A DNA stretch of 64,000 nt from Myxococcota bacterium. Lineage in GTDB: Bacteria; Myxococcota_A; UBA9160; UBA4427. Numbering within the stretch: the stretch's first letter is position 1; the number at the start of each line of letters is the position of its first letter. Under the pieces are notes generated by a model. It was not told where the DNA came from. It ran no database searches and saw nothing but the letters and a program-made list of their open reading frames with translations. Position numbers and translations under genes: made by a program. Location of the stretch: contig OZ252299.1 in the NCBI GenBank assembly GCA_965250285.1, positions 5,376,001 to 5,440,000 on the forward strand, in the 5' to 3' direction. Shown here one piece after another: positions 1 to 9,735 of the stretch.

Positions 1-1
1 A

Positions 2-451
2 GACGTCGAGGCGTTCGCCCCGCGCCTCGTGATGAATCCAGAGCAGCTCGCGAGCGACGAGGCGCAGCAGTTCATGTCGGACGAGTTGCGGGCCGCCGTC
101 ACGCCCCGCGACTACGAAGAGACGATGCAGGTCGCCCCCGGCGTGGTCCTGCTCCGCGCTCCGGGCCATACCGAGGGCAGTCAGATCGTCTACGTGTTGC
201 CCGAGGAGGGACCCGCGTTGCTGCTGATCGGTGATGTGGCGTGGCACCTCGATCAGATCCGCAACGAGCACTACCGCCCGCGTCTCGTGACCGACTTCAT
301 GCTCGGTGAGGATCGCGACGCGGTGCTCAACCAGATGCGCGCGCTCAAGGATCTGCTCGGCAGCGAGCAGGTCGTCGTCGTGAGCTCGCACGATCTGGAT
401 GACCGTCGCCGACTGATCGATGCCGGCATCATCGAAGACGGGATCCGCTGA
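2..451 (+). CDS. Metallo-beta-lactamase-fold hydrolase, C-terminal part (5' truncated by window)
   Basis: Motifs APGHTEG, LLIGDVAWH and SSHD typical of the MBL-fold C-terminal half; frame open from window start. Confidence 0.75.
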   Translation, partial: DVEAFAPRLVMNPEQLASDEAQQFMSDELRAAVTPRDYEETMQVAPGVVLLRAPGHTEGSQIVYVLPEEGPALLLIGDVAWHLDQIRNEHYRPRLVTDFMLGEDRDAVLNQMRALKDLLGSEQVVVVSSHDLDDRRRLIDAGIIEDGIR

Positions 452-460
452 GCACGGCGT

Positions 461-1255
461 CTAGGCGGGCGGCTTCGGCTCTGCGCCTCGCTCGCCGAGC
501 CGCGTCATCGGTTTCCCGCCCGCGACCTGGGCGTGCATCTCGGGATAGTCGGGCCACACCTGTCCCAGCATCATGTCGAGCGAGTTGAGAAAGAAGCAGT
601 AGTGCTTCTGGTAACGCGAGTGGTGCAGCGCGTGATACGTGATCGCGTGGCTCATCCAGCGTGAGACCGGGCTCGCCGACACCTCGGGCGGCACGATCTC
701 GACGTTGATGTGCCCCATCGTGTTCGAGAACCAGAAGAAGAAGAGCCAGGCGAAGTAGGCCTCGGGGACGAAGGGCAGGGCAGCGGCCGTGAGCACGGGC
801 CATAGCGCGAGCCCGACGAGCCACAGCGCCGACTCGACGGGCGACATCGAGAGCGCCGACCACGGCGTGTTGACCCGCGACCGATGATGCCAGTCGTGGA
901 TCGGTGCCAGCGCGCGCGTGTGCATGCTGTAATGCAGCGCGTAGTAGTAGACGTCGAAGCTGATCATCGCGCCGAAGAACGTGAGCGCGGCAGCGCCCCA
1001 CGAGAACGGAGCCGCTTCGACGCGGCCGCTCGCGAAGACCAGTGTCATCCCGGCGGCGAAGACCAACACGAAGAGGCCGTTGCCGAGCAGCTCGCGGGCG
1101 ATCTGACCGTCGCGCAAGGGCACGTCGTAGATGCGCTTGCTGCGGTTCAGTAGCCACTCGACCCCGAGCCAGAAGCCGATCGAGGCGAGGTTCACGACCG
1201 TCGCGAATGCGAGAAAGAGACCGAAGAGGGCGGTGCCGTCGGTGGGCAGCGTCAT
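461..1255 (-). CDS. Sterol desaturase / fatty acid hydroxylase family membrane protein
   Basis: His boxes HYSMH, HDWHH, GH, HALHH and several TM helices; start re-called at ATG 1255 (MTLPTDG). Confidence 0.85.
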   Translation of the reverse strand: MTLPTDGTALFGLFLAFATVVNLASIGFWLGVEWLLNRSKRIYDVPLRDGQIARELLGNGLFVLVFAAGMTLVFASGRVEAAPFSWGAAALTFFGAMISFDVYYYALHYSMHTRALAPIHDWHHRSRVNTPWSALSMSPVESALWLVGLALWPVLTAAALPFVPEAYFAWLFFFWFSNTMGHINVEIVPPEVSASPVSRWMSHAITYHALHHSRYQKHYCFFLNSLDMMLGQVWPDYPEMHAQVAGGKPMTRLGERGAEPKPPA

Positions 1256-1323
1256 GTCGAGCACCTTATCCAAAGGCGGTCGCGCCCCGGTGCAGCACGC
1301 CGCTGCGCGATGCCCGCTGGGGG

Positions 1324-1767
1324 TCACAATCCCGTGTCGAAGCCGTTTTCGGGCTCGAGCGCCGTCACCTCGGGGCGCGCCATCACGCTCGCGCGCAGGG
1401 TGCCGCTCGGGTCGAAATACTCCCGCAACCAGACGAAGCGCCCGTCGCGGTCGACCTCGGCGACGCCGACGCCCGAGATCAGACGGCGCGTCTCCTGGCC
1501 GCGGCGCTCCCAGACCGCGACGAACTCGTGATGGAGCAGCCAGCCCGATACGCCGAGGCTCGCGGTCGACATGTAGACGGGGTCCCACGTCTTCCACGCC
1601 TGCTCGAGCGAGCGCCGCAGGTTGCTCTTGCCCTCGATCGCGTGCTCGGGCCCTTCGATGCGGGCCGCCTCGCACCAGAGGTCGAGGTACGCGTCGATGT
1701 CGCGGTCGATGAACGCGCGATCTCGGCGACCCAGCAGGGTCTTCGCGGTGTCGAGGCTGAGCGGCAC
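1324..1767 (-). CDS. SnoaL/NTF2-like protein
   Basis: DIDAYLDLW...GVGVAEVDRDGRFVWLREYFD pattern; GTG start after GAGGAG. Confidence 0.7.
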   Translation of the reverse strand: MPLSLDTAKTLLGRRDRAFIDRDIDAYLDLWCEAARIEGPEHAIEGKSNLRRSLEQAWKTWDPVYMSTASLGVSGWLLHHEFVAVWERRGQETRRLISGVGVAEVDRDGRFVWLREYFDPSGTLRASVMARPEVTALEPENGFDTGL

Positions 1768-1898
1768 GGGGGCTCCTCGCGGTCGATGGGCCGAGCATGG
1801 CACCGGTGGCCGATCGCGCAAGCGCACACGGGGCCCGGGCTGGCGGCTCGCGCCTCGAGTACCCTCGGGCGATGGGTGTCGTTCGGAGGACCAGAAGC

Positions 1899-2609
1899 AT
1901 GAGAAGGTTGAACGGGCGTGCCCGCGCGCTGACGCGGCTGCTGCTCATGCTCACTGCGCTCGTCTGTTTCGCGGCGCCCACGGCCTCGGCGGTTGGTGCC
2001 GGCAGTGGCAGCTCGGGCGGGGGCGGGCGAGCGACTTCACCCGGGCAGCGCGCGATCCACGAGTACGAGAACGGCGAGAAGCGACTCGAGCAGGCGAGCG
2101 AGCTGCGCCAGCGCGCTGTCGACGAGCGCGGTCAGGGCGACGAAAAGAAGGCGGCCAAGCTCGAGCGGAAGGCCCAGCAGAATCTCGCGCGCGCCGAGAA
2201 GCACTACCGCAAGGCCATCGAATACGACGAGAGCCTGCACCAGGCCTGGTCGTCGCTCGGCTACACGCTGCGACGGCAGGGCGAGTGGGACGAAGCGCTC
2301 GCCGCCTACGATCACGCGCTCGAGCTCGAGCCGCGCTACGCCGAGGCGGTCGAGTACCGGGCCGAGGCGTACCTCGAGCTCGGTCGGCTCGACGACGCGA
2401 AGCGGGGCTACGACCAGCTCGTGCCCTGGGTGCGTCCCTATGCCGATCGCCTCATGGCGAAGATGGAGAGCTGGGTCGAGGTGCAACGCACGGGTTCGAC
2501 CGGCGTCGCTCCTGCCGACGTCGACGCGTTCGTCGCCTGGATCGACGATCGAAAGGCACGCGACGGAGAAGGCGAGACATTCACACCGCGCGAACGAGCG
2601 AGCTGGTAA
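1899..2609 (+). CDS. Exported tetratricopeptide-repeat protein
   Basis: Signal peptide, TPR consensus (AWSSLGYTLRRQGEWDEALAAYDHALELEP); GGAGG RBS. Confidence 0.8.
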   Translation: MRRLNGRARALTRLLLMLTALVCFAAPTASAVGAGSGSSGGGGRATSPGQRAIHEYENGEKRLEQASELRQRAVDERGQGDEKKAAKLERKAQQNLARAEKHYRKAIEYDESLHQAWSSLGYTLRRQGEWDEALAAYDHALELEPRYAEAVEYRAEAYLELGRLDDAKRGYDQLVPWVRPYADRLMAKMESWVEVQRTGSTGVAPADVDAFVAWIDDRKARDGEGETFTPRERASW

Positions 2610-2616
2610 CGCGCCG

Positions 2617-2898
2617 CTAGCGGTCGCTGTGCCCGAGGTCGCGGCCGGGCGCGACGACGTCGCGCACCCTCCGTTTGAGTTCCTTCGCTTCGGGGAACCC
2701 ACCTTCGGTGGCGCGCGACCAGACGCGCTGGTTGCCGACGTGGATGTCGAAGCGCCCCGACTCTTCGGATGGGACGAGCGCCACCTCGCCGAGCTCGTCT
2801 TCGAAGGTCTGCAGCAGCTCCTGCGCCATCCACGCTGCACGCAGCAACCACTTGCAGCGCGGACAGTACTCGATGGCGACGCGGGGCTTGTCGGACAT
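2617..2898 (-). CDS. SelT/SelW/SelH (Rdx) family thioredoxin-like protein, Cys form
   Basis: IEYCPRCKWLLRAAWMAQELL and GGFPEAKELK...RDLGHSD signature. Confidence 0.9.
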   Translation of the reverse strand: MSDKPRVAIEYCPRCKWLLRAAWMAQELLQTFEDELGEVALVPSEESGRFDIHVGNQRVWSRATEGGFPEAKELKRRVRDVVAPGRDLGHSDR

Positions 2899-2905
2899 GG
2901 CGACC

Positions 2906-4081
2906 TCAGTCGAGCAGCGCGAGCGCCCGCGCGAGGTCGGCGCGCAGGTCGTCGACCCCTTCGATGCCGACCGAGAGCCGGACGAGGCCATCGAGGATGC
3001 CGACCTTCTCGCGCTCGCTCTTCGGGATGCTCGCGTGGGTCATGCTCGCCGGGTGATCGACGAGCGATTCGACGCCCCCGAGGCTCTCGGCGAGTGAGAA
3101 GAGCTGAAGCGCCGAGGCGAAACGCGACGTCGCCTCGAGGTCGGCGTCGAGCTCGAGCGTGACGATGCCCGAGCCGCCGCTCATCTGTCGCCGCGCAAGC
3201 GCGGCCTGTGGGTGCGATTCGAGCCACGGGTGCCGCACCCAGCGCACGCGCGGGTGACGTTCGAGGTCGCGCGCGATCTCGAGCGCGTTCTCGTGATGTC
3301 GCTCCATGCGCAGCGCGAGGGTCTTGGCGCCCCGCGCGACCAGCCAGGTGTCGAAGGGGGAGGGGTTCAGACCGACCGCCTTCTGCGCGAAGACCATCTT
3401 GTCGTTCCACTCGGCGTCGTTGGTGACGACGACGCCGCCCAGACAGTCGGAGTGGCCGTTCACGTACTTCGTCGTCGACGAGAGCGAGAGCGTCGCGCCG
3501 AGCTCGACCGGGCGCTGGAAGTAGGGCGAGGCGAAGGTGTTGTCGACGAGCACGGGCGCGTCGACGCGGCGCGCCGCGCGGCTGATCGCTTCGATGTCGA
3601 GGATCTTGAGCATCGGGTTCGTCGGCGACTCGAGCCAGACGAGCGCCGGACGCACGCGCTCGATCGTCTGCAGCGCGGCCTCGTCGGTGAAGTCGACGTA
3701 CTCGACGCTCACGCCGAACTTCTCGAACACCTTATCGAAGATGCGAAACGTGCATCCGTACACGTTCTCTTCGGCGAGCACGTGACTGCCATGGCCGAGG
3801 GTCGAGAGGACGGCGGTGATGGCGGCCATGCCGCTGCCGAACACGGTGGCGTGCGCGCCGCCCTCGAGCGAGGCGAGGGTCTCGCCGAGCCGCGTGAAGT
3901 TCGGGTTGCCCGAGCGGGTGTAGTCGTAGCCGCGGGTCACGCCGGGGCTCTCCTGCGCGAAGGTCGAGGTCGCGTAGATCGGCGGCATGACCGCGCCGGT
4001 GCCCGGATCGGGCTCGTTGCCCACGTGGATGGCGCGCGTCTCGAAGGAGGCGCTCTGAAAGGGGTCTCGGTCGTCGGGCAT
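2906..4081 (-). CDS. Cystathionine gamma-synthase/lyase family PLP enzyme
   Basis: TRAIH, PPIYATSTF, YTRSGNP, DNTFASP, PLP lysine in STTKYVNGHSD, AESLGGVESL. Confidence 0.92.
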   Translation of the reverse strand: MPDDRDPFQSASFETRAIHVGNEPDPGTGAVMPPIYATSTFAQESPGVTRGYDYTRSGNPNFTRLGETLASLEGGAHATVFGSGMAAITAVLSTLGHGSHVLAEENVYGCTFRIFDKVFEKFGVSVEYVDFTDEAALQTIERVRPALVWLESPTNPMLKILDIEAISRAARRVDAPVLVDNTFASPYFQRPVELGATLSLSSTTKYVNGHSDCLGGVVVTNDAEWNDKMVFAQKAVGLNPSPFDTWLVARGAKTLALRMERHHENALEIARDLERHPRVRWVRHPWLESHPQAALARRQMSGGSGIVTLELDADLEATSRFASALQLFSLAESLGGVESLVDHPASMTHASIPKSEREKVGILDGLVRLSVGIEGVDDLRADLARALALLD

Positions 4082-4234
4082 GGCGTCGGCTCGCTGGCGG
4101 CAGGGGGGCGGGGCGCGCAGTGTAGCGCCCGCCGTGCGAACGCTGCGGCCCGGGCGCCCCGTCTGGGCGTCTGGCAGGGGCGACGCGGGGGTGTGATGCT
4201 CGTGGGCCCACGCCCCTTCGCCGAGGAGTCGCCG

Positions 4235-5413
4235 ATGCCCGAGTGGTCGAACTGGTCGGGGCTCGTGCGTGCTGCGCCGTCGCGCATCGAGCACGCGACC
4301 GACGAAGCAAAGGTGCAGAACATCGTGCGCGAAGCCGCCGGTCGCGGCGAGTCGGTGCGGGTCGTCGGTGAGGCCCACAGCCACTCGGCCCTCGTGGCGC
4401 ACGACGGGGTGCTGCTCGACGTCGATGCGCTCGCGGGTGTGGTCGGTGTCGACGCGACGCAGCGCGTGGCGACGATCCGCGCGGGTACGCGCCTGCACGC
4501 GCTCGGCCGGCCCCTGCGCGACGCCGGCGTCGCGTTGCTCAATCAGGGCGACATCGATCGCCAGTCGCTCGCCGGTGCCCTCGCGACCGGCACGCATGGC
4601 ACCGGGCCGACGCTGCGCAACCTGTCGGCGGGCATCGAGGGGCTCCGCATCGTCCTGGCCGACGGCTCGGTCGTCGAATGCGACGCCGAGCACGAGCCCG
4701 ATCTCTTCGGCGCCGCGCGGGTCTCGCTCGGTGCCTTCGGCGTCGTGACCGAAGTGCGGCTGCGCGTGCGCGAGGCCTACCGGCTGAAGGAGCGGATGTG
4801 GGCCGAAGACGTCGACACCGTGCTCGATCAGATCGACGAGCTGGTACACGCGACGCGCCACTTCGAGTTCTTCTGGCAGCCGCACAAGCCCCGTGTCGCG
4901 TGCAAGGCGCTCGCCGAGACCGACGAGCCGGCCGAGTATCCGCTGGCCGCCGAAGGCGCCCGCCTCGCCTGGAGCGACGAGGTGCTCGCGAACCAGCGCG
5001 ACGACAAGCACACCGAGATGGAGTACTCGGTGCCCGCCGAGCACGGCGTCGCGTGCTTTCGCGCGCTGCGCGAGAAGATCGAAGCCGACTTCCCCGATCT
5101 CGCCTGGCCCGTCGAGTTCAGGACGTTGGCGGCCGACGACCTGTGGCTGAGCACCGCCTACGAGCGGCCGACCGTCACGCTCTCGGTGCATCAGGGCGCG
5201 GGTCTGCCCTACGAAGACGTCTTCGACGCCTGCGAGGCGATCTTCGTCGAGTTCGAAGGGCGGCCCCACTGGGGCAAGGCGCACGGGCTGCGCGGCGAGG
5301 CCCTGGCCGCGGTCCACCCGCGCTGGGCCGACTGGTGGCGCGTTCGCGACGCCTTCGATCCCGAGGGCCGGTTTCTGAACGACCACCTGCGTGCCCTGCG
5401 CGGCGACGCGTGA
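4235..5413 (+). CDS. FAD-binding D-arabinono-1,4-lactone oxidase / alditol oxidase family
   Basis: WSNWSG start, HSH FAD site, GALATGTHG, GRPHWGK, DPEGRFLN. Confidence 0.88.
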   Translation: MPEWSNWSGLVRAAPSRIEHATDEAKVQNIVREAAGRGESVRVVGEAHSHSALVAHDGVLLDVDALAGVVGVDATQRVATIRAGTRLHALGRPLRDAGVALLNQGDIDRQSLAGALATGTHGTGPTLRNLSAGIEGLRIVLADGSVVECDAEHEPDLFGAARVSLGAFGVVTEVRLRVREAYRLKERMWAEDVDTVLDQIDELVHATRHFEFFWQPHKPRVACKALAETDEPAEYPLAAEGARLAWSDEVLANQRDDKHTEMEYSVPAEHGVACFRALREKIEADFPDLAWPVEFRTLAADDLWLSTAYERPTVTLSVHQGAGLPYEDVFDACEAIFVEFEGRPHWGKAHGLRGEALAAVHPRWADWWRVRDAFDPEGRFLNDHLRALRGDA

Positions 5414-5452
5414 CCGTGCCACGTACGTTCGTTCGAACCCTGGAGAACCCCG

Positions 5453-6874
5453 ATGCTCGATGAGATCCTCGACCGCGATGGCCTGGCTCAGGCCGAGCAC
5501 GTCCGTGCCGGTGACGTCTCGGTGAGCGAGCTGGTCGAGGCGTCGATCGCGCGCATCGAGCGCGAGAACCCGCGCCTGAACGCCGTCATTCACGAGCTCT
5601 TCGACAAGGCGCGTGCTCAGGTCGAGGCCGATGCGATCGGCGAAGGACCCTACCGAGGCGTGCCCTTCCTCGTGAAAGACGCCGTCTGCCACACCGAAGG
5701 CGATCCCTTCCACATCGGGCTCCAGGTGTTGAAGGATGCGGGCTACACCGCAAAGAGCGACACCGAGCTCGCGCGGCGCTACCGCAAAGCCGGCTTCGTC
5801 TTCGTCGGCAAGACCAACACGCCCGAGCTCGCGTTCTCGGCGACCACCGAGCCCCGGGCCTATGGCGCGACGCACAACCCCTGGAACGTCGACTACTCAC
5901 CCGGCGGCTCGTCGGGCGGATCGGGGGCGGCGGTGGCGGCGCGCTTCGTCGCCGCTGCGCACGGGAACGACATGGGAGGCTCGATCCGCCTGCCCGCGAG
6001 CCACTGCGGGCTCGTCGGGCTCAAGCCGAGCCGCGCGCGCAACTCGCTGGCGCCCGAGCTCGGCGAGTTCTGGGGGCCACTCACGCACGAGCACGTGCTC
6101 ACGCGGTCGGTGCGCGACTCTGCGGCGATCCTCGATGCGACGGCGGGGCCGGCGCCCGGCGACCCGTACACCGCGCCGCCGCCGTTGCGCCCCTGGCTCG
6201 AAGAGGTGGGCGCCGACCCGGGGCAGCTTCGCGTCGGGGTCGTCGAGCCGATCGCCTCGTTCGGTGTCGAGCCGGCGGTCCAGGCCGCGGTCGATGCAAC
6301 GGCGCGGTTGCTCGAGGCCCGCGGCCATGCCGTCGAGTCGGCCGCGCTGCCGATGCTCGAGAAGCCCGAGGTCGGCCCGTGGTTCGTGACGGGCGTGGCC
6401 CGCGAGCTCGAACGGGTCGGCGAGTGGATCGGCCGACCGATCGAAGAGCGCGACGTCGAGCCGTACTCGTGGCTCGCGCGCCAGATCGGCCACGCGATCA
6501 CGGGGCCCGAGCTCGCGCGTCAGACCGACGCGATGTGGGCGTGGGCGCGCCGGCTCTGCCGCGCCTGGTACGACGACTACGACGTGCTGCTCATGCCGTC
6601 GGCGCCTTCGCCGGCGCCGGCGCTCGGGAAGCTCGCGCCCGATGCGGGGCCCGAGATGGCTCGCGAGCTGGGGCGGTACACCGCCTATACGATTGGCTTC
6701 GACGTCACGGGCGAGCCGGCGATCTCGCTCCCGGTGCACAAGAGCGAAGAGGGTCTGCCGATCGGGGTGCAGGTCGTAGCGAAGCTCGGTCGCGAGGACG
6801 TCCTCTTCCGGCTGGCCGCCCAGATCGACGAGGTGATCGGCTTCGAGGCGCAGCGACCTCCGGCCCCTGCGTAG
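5453..6874 (+). CDS. Amidase signature family enzyme
   Basis: [30 protein letters not shown] (Ser-cisSer-Lys triad). Confidence 0.92.
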   Translation: MLDEILDRDGLAQAEHVRAGDVSVSELVEASIARIERENPRLNAVIHELFDKARAQVEADAIGEGPYRGVPFLVKDAVCHTEGDPFHIGLQVLKDAGYTAKSDTELARRYRKAGFVFVGKTNTPELAFSATTEPRAYGATHNPWNVDYSPGGSSGGSGAAVAARFVAAAHGNDMGGSIRLPASHCGLVGLKPSRARNSLAPELGEFWGPLTHEHVLTRSVRDSAAILDATAGPAPGDPYTAPPPLRPWLEEVGADPGQLRVGVVEPIASFGVEPAVQAAVDATARLLEARGHAVESAALPMLEKPEVGPWFVTGVARELERVGEWIGRPIEERDVEPYSWLARQIGHAITGPELARQTDAMWAWARRLCRAWYDDYDVLLMPSAPSPAPALGKLAPDAGPEMARELGRYTAYTIGFDVTGEPAISLPVHKSEEGLPIGVQVVAKLGREDVLFRLAAQIDEVIGFEAQRPPAPA

Positions 6875-6901
6875 CGACCCCTTGCCTCGGCGGAGCGCGC
6901 C

Positions 6902-9331
6902 TCAGCTCGGGCGCTGACGGCCAAAGACGCGCACGAGCATGGCCGGCGCGAGCAGCAGGTCGGCCACGAACGCGAACACGATCGTGATGCTCGTGAGCAG
7001 CCCGAAATAGAAGAGGTTGGTGAGATACGCCTGGGTGTAGATGCCGAAGCCCGCGGCCAGCACGATGCTCGTGAACAGCAGCGCCTGTCCGGTCGTCTCG
7101 AGCGTCTTGCGCACGGCGGTCTCGACGTCGCCCGTCTCGTCGAAGTAGCGCCTGAAGTTGTGCATGAAGTGGATCGTGTCGTCGACGGCGAGGCCGATGG
7201 CGATGCTGCCGATCAGCAGCGTGAACGCATCGAGCGGGATGTCGGCCCAGCCCATGATGCCGAGCGTCAGCACGACCGGGGTCAGGTTCGGGATCATCGC
7301 GAGCAGGCCGACGCTCACCCGCCCGATGAGCAGCACCATCAGCGGGGTGATGATCAGGAACGCGGTGATGTAGCTGCGCACCATGGTGTGCAGCACCGCG
7401 TCCATCGTCGCGCTGATCACCTGCACGATGCCGGTGACCTCGATCGCCACACCCGAACCGAACAGGCGGGCGGCCTCGTCGACGGCGGCCTGTATGAAGT
7501 CGGGGAACGCAGTCGAATCCTTGATCGGGACGCGAACCGAGATGCGCCCCGACTGAAACGTCGAGTCGACGAGGTCTTCGACGTCGTCGCTGCCGGCGTT
7601 CTCGAAGAGCAGGAGCTCCTGAGCGACGAGCTGGCGATCGTCGGGGATCGCATAGAACGCCGACTGGTTCTCGTTGAGCGCCTGGTGCGTCTCTTTCACG
7701 ACGTCGATCAGCGAAAAGACCTTGCCCGCCTGCACGTCGTTGATGTCGAGCGTATAGACGTAGCGGTGAAGCGCCTCGGCTCGAGTCAGGAAGGCGGGGT
7801 CGTGAAAGCCGTTGGTCTCGTCGGTATCGACGAGGATCTCGATGTTCCCCATGCCTCCCATGTTGGTATCCATGGCGACCATGCCGTTTCGCACCATGTC
7901 GCCTTCGGGAAACCAGTCGAAGGGGCTGTGGCTGATCCGCAGCTGCGTCGCGCCCACGAGCGAGAACGCGATGAGCGCCGCGGTGACCAGCAGGATCGAG
8001 AGATCGTGACGAACCGCCCAGGTGCCCGCGTCGACCAGGATGCGCTGCGAGAAGAACAGAGGCTTCGCCTCGCCCCCCGCGTCGTTCACGCCCGGTGAAA
8101 CCGCCATCAGCGCGGGCAACAGAGTCAGGGTGTAGAGCAACGCGACGATGACGCCGATCGGCGCGAAGACGCCGAAGTGGCCGATCGGCAGCAGCGCGGC
8201 GGCGATGAACGAGAGCAGCCCGCCGGCCGTGGTGAGACTCGTCATGATGACGGCCAGCCCCGAATGACCCAGAGCATGGGCGATGCCGTCTTCTTTCGAG
8301 AGCCCGCGCCGCCGCGCCTGATAGTAGATGGCAAGGATGTGCACCGAGCCACCGACGCCGACGGCCAGCAGGAACGTCGGAATGATCTGCGTCGGCGATG
8401 TGATGGGCGTGCCGGTCGCGGCCATGATCGAGAGCGTCGTGAGCACCGCGCAGATCACGGTCGCCAGCGGGAGCACCACGGCGCCGATGCGTCGAAAGAG
8501 CGTCGCGAGGCTGACGATGATGATGCCGATGGCCAGGCCGGTGAAGCGCACCATGTCCGACTGCATCTTCGCCGCGAACTGCTGTGTGAGCACGGTCGTA
8601 CCGGCGACCTCGATGCGGAGGTCGTCGCTGCGGTACTCGTCGAGCAGACCCAGGACACCCTCGACGATCAGCGCCTCTTCGGCGCCCGTCAGAAACTGCG
8701 GCTCGGCCGTCTCGGCTGCCTCGGCCGAAGCCGCCGCATCGTCAAAGCCGTCGGTTGCGTCGTCGAAGCCAGCCAGCGCGTCGTCGTCGACGCCCGTCTG
8801 GGTGTAGACCTCGGTTTCGATGATGATCGAGGTGAGCTCACCGTCGCCCGAGATGAGGTTGTTCTGGTAGACCGGGTTCGCCCGCGCGCGGCGTTCGATC
8901 TCGGCGAGGGTCGCGTCGTCTTCGGGCCAGTCTTCGAGCAGCTCGCCCACCACGAGCTCGTCGCCGACGCCGCGGGTCTCGCGCGCGTTGACCAGACTCG
9001 TGACCTCGACGAGCAGCGGCACCTCGTTCTCGATGCGTTCGTGCAGCTCGCGCAGCGTCGCGAGAAAGTCGCGGTCGAAGATCGAGCCTTGGGGATCGAG
9101 CGCGATGATGATGAACGTGTCGCGACCGTACTGATCACGGAACTCGTCGTAGAGCACCCGCACCGGGTCTTCCTTGCGGAAGAACCCCTCGAGGCTCGCG
9201 TCGAGGAAAAGGTGCTGCAGCTGGGTCGCGCTCGCGACGGTGACGCCCAGCGTGAGGGCGAGCACCCACCAGCGACGCCGGTAGACGAAGTGGCCCCAGC
9301 GCTCGAGCAGGGCTTCGATGCGTGCGTGCAT
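6902..9331 (-). CDS. MMPL/RND family lipid transporter
   Basis: Two TM repeats with large extracytoplasmic loops; TSLTTAGG and GLAVDDTIHF motifs; start re-called at 9331. Confidence 0.88.
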   Translation of the reverse strand: MHARIEALLERWGHFVYRRRWWVLALTLGVTVASATQLQHLFLDASLEGFFRKEDPVRVLYDEFRDQYGRDTFIIIALDPQGSIFDRDFLATLRELHERIENEVPLLVEVTSLVNARETRGVGDELVVGELLEDWPEDDATLAEIERRARANPVYQNNLISGDGELTSIIIETEVYTQTGVDDDALAGFDDATDGFDDAAASAEAAETAEPQFLTGAEEALIVEGVLGLLDEYRSDDLRIEVAGTTVLTQQFAAKMQSDMVRFTGLAIGIIIVSLATLFRRIGAVVLPLATVICAVLTTLSIMAATGTPITSPTQIIPTFLLAVGVGGSVHILAIYYQARRRGLSKEDGIAHALGHSGLAVIMTSLTTAGGLLSFIAAALLPIGHFGVFAPIGVIVALLYTLTLLPALMAVSPGVNDAGGEAKPLFFSQRILVDAGTWAVRHDLSILLVTAALIAFSLVGATQLRISHSPFDWFPEGDMVRNGMVAMDTNMGGMGNIEILVDTDETNGFHDPAFLTRAEALHRYVYTLDINDVQAGKVFSLIDVVKETHQALNENQSAFYAIPDDRQLVAQELLLFENAGSDDVEDLVDSTFQSGRISVRVPIKDSTAFPDFIQAAVDEAARLFGSGVAIEVTGIVQVISATMDAVLHTMVRSYITAFLIITPLMVLLIGRVSVGLLAMIPNLTPVVLTLGIMGWADIPLDAFTLLIGSIAIGLAVDDTIHFMHNFRRYFDETGDVETAVRKTLETTGQALLFTSIVLAAGFGIYTQAYLTNLFYFGLLTSITIVFAFVADLLLAPAMLVRVFGRQRPS

Positions 9332-9476
9332 GGCGTGGGCTGGATCCTCGTCGGGGGCGCGGTGAGGCGGGCCGAATCGGGACGCCCGCAGGGGCTTGGC
9401 CACGGCCGCAGGGTCGCACCCCACGGCGCCCTCGGCCCGCACCGAATCGAAGCGCATCGAGCGCGCGTCGCGCCCC

Positions 9477-9538
9477 GCAGGTGCAGTGTTTCGCTTGCAC
9501 CTGCATGCCGATCACTGCATGCTCTCGCCTGCACCTGC
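9477..9538. promoter_or_regulatory. Two tandem candidate enhancer (UAS) boxes for a sigma54 activator
   Basis: GCAGGTGCA-N10-TGCACCTGC perfect palindrome (9477-9504) and TGCA-N10-TGCACCTGC (9516-9538), 34 bp apart. Confidence 0.7.
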
Positions 9539-9542
9539 GCCC

Positions 9543-9555
9543 CAAGTGCCTGATT
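9543..9555 (-). promoter_or_regulatory. IHF-binding site
   Basis: Reverse strand AATCAGGCACTTG matches WATCARNNNNTTR; lies between UAS and -24/-12. Confidence 0.65.
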
Positions 9556-9572
9556 TTGCGTGAAAACGAGTT

Positions 9573-9588
9573 GGGCACAGCCCTTGCT
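9573..9588 (+). promoter_or_regulatory. Sigma54 (-24/-12) promoter
   Basis: gGGCACAGCCCTTGCT: GG-N10-GC with CAC and TT conserved, upstream of an operon encoding a sigma54 activator. Confidence 0.85.
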
Positions 9589-9735
9589 CTATCCGCTCCC
9601 AAGTTCGAGGGAATCGGCCGTCCAACCGGTCGACCGCCCCGAAGCGGAGAGGGCATGGCGGGAGCAGCGGGCGCAGCAAAGCGAGTGAGGGGCCGCACCG
9701 AGATCCCGACGGTCGATTGGGCAGGAGGACGGCGG

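Noticed and set aside
2617..2898. Selenoprotein
   Set aside because: Motif is CPRC with Cys codons; no in-frame TGA
2906..5875. Giant fusion ORFs such as 2906-5875, 45835-49200 and 19401-20867
   Set aside because: N-terminal extensions run antisense through other real genes; true starts are downstream
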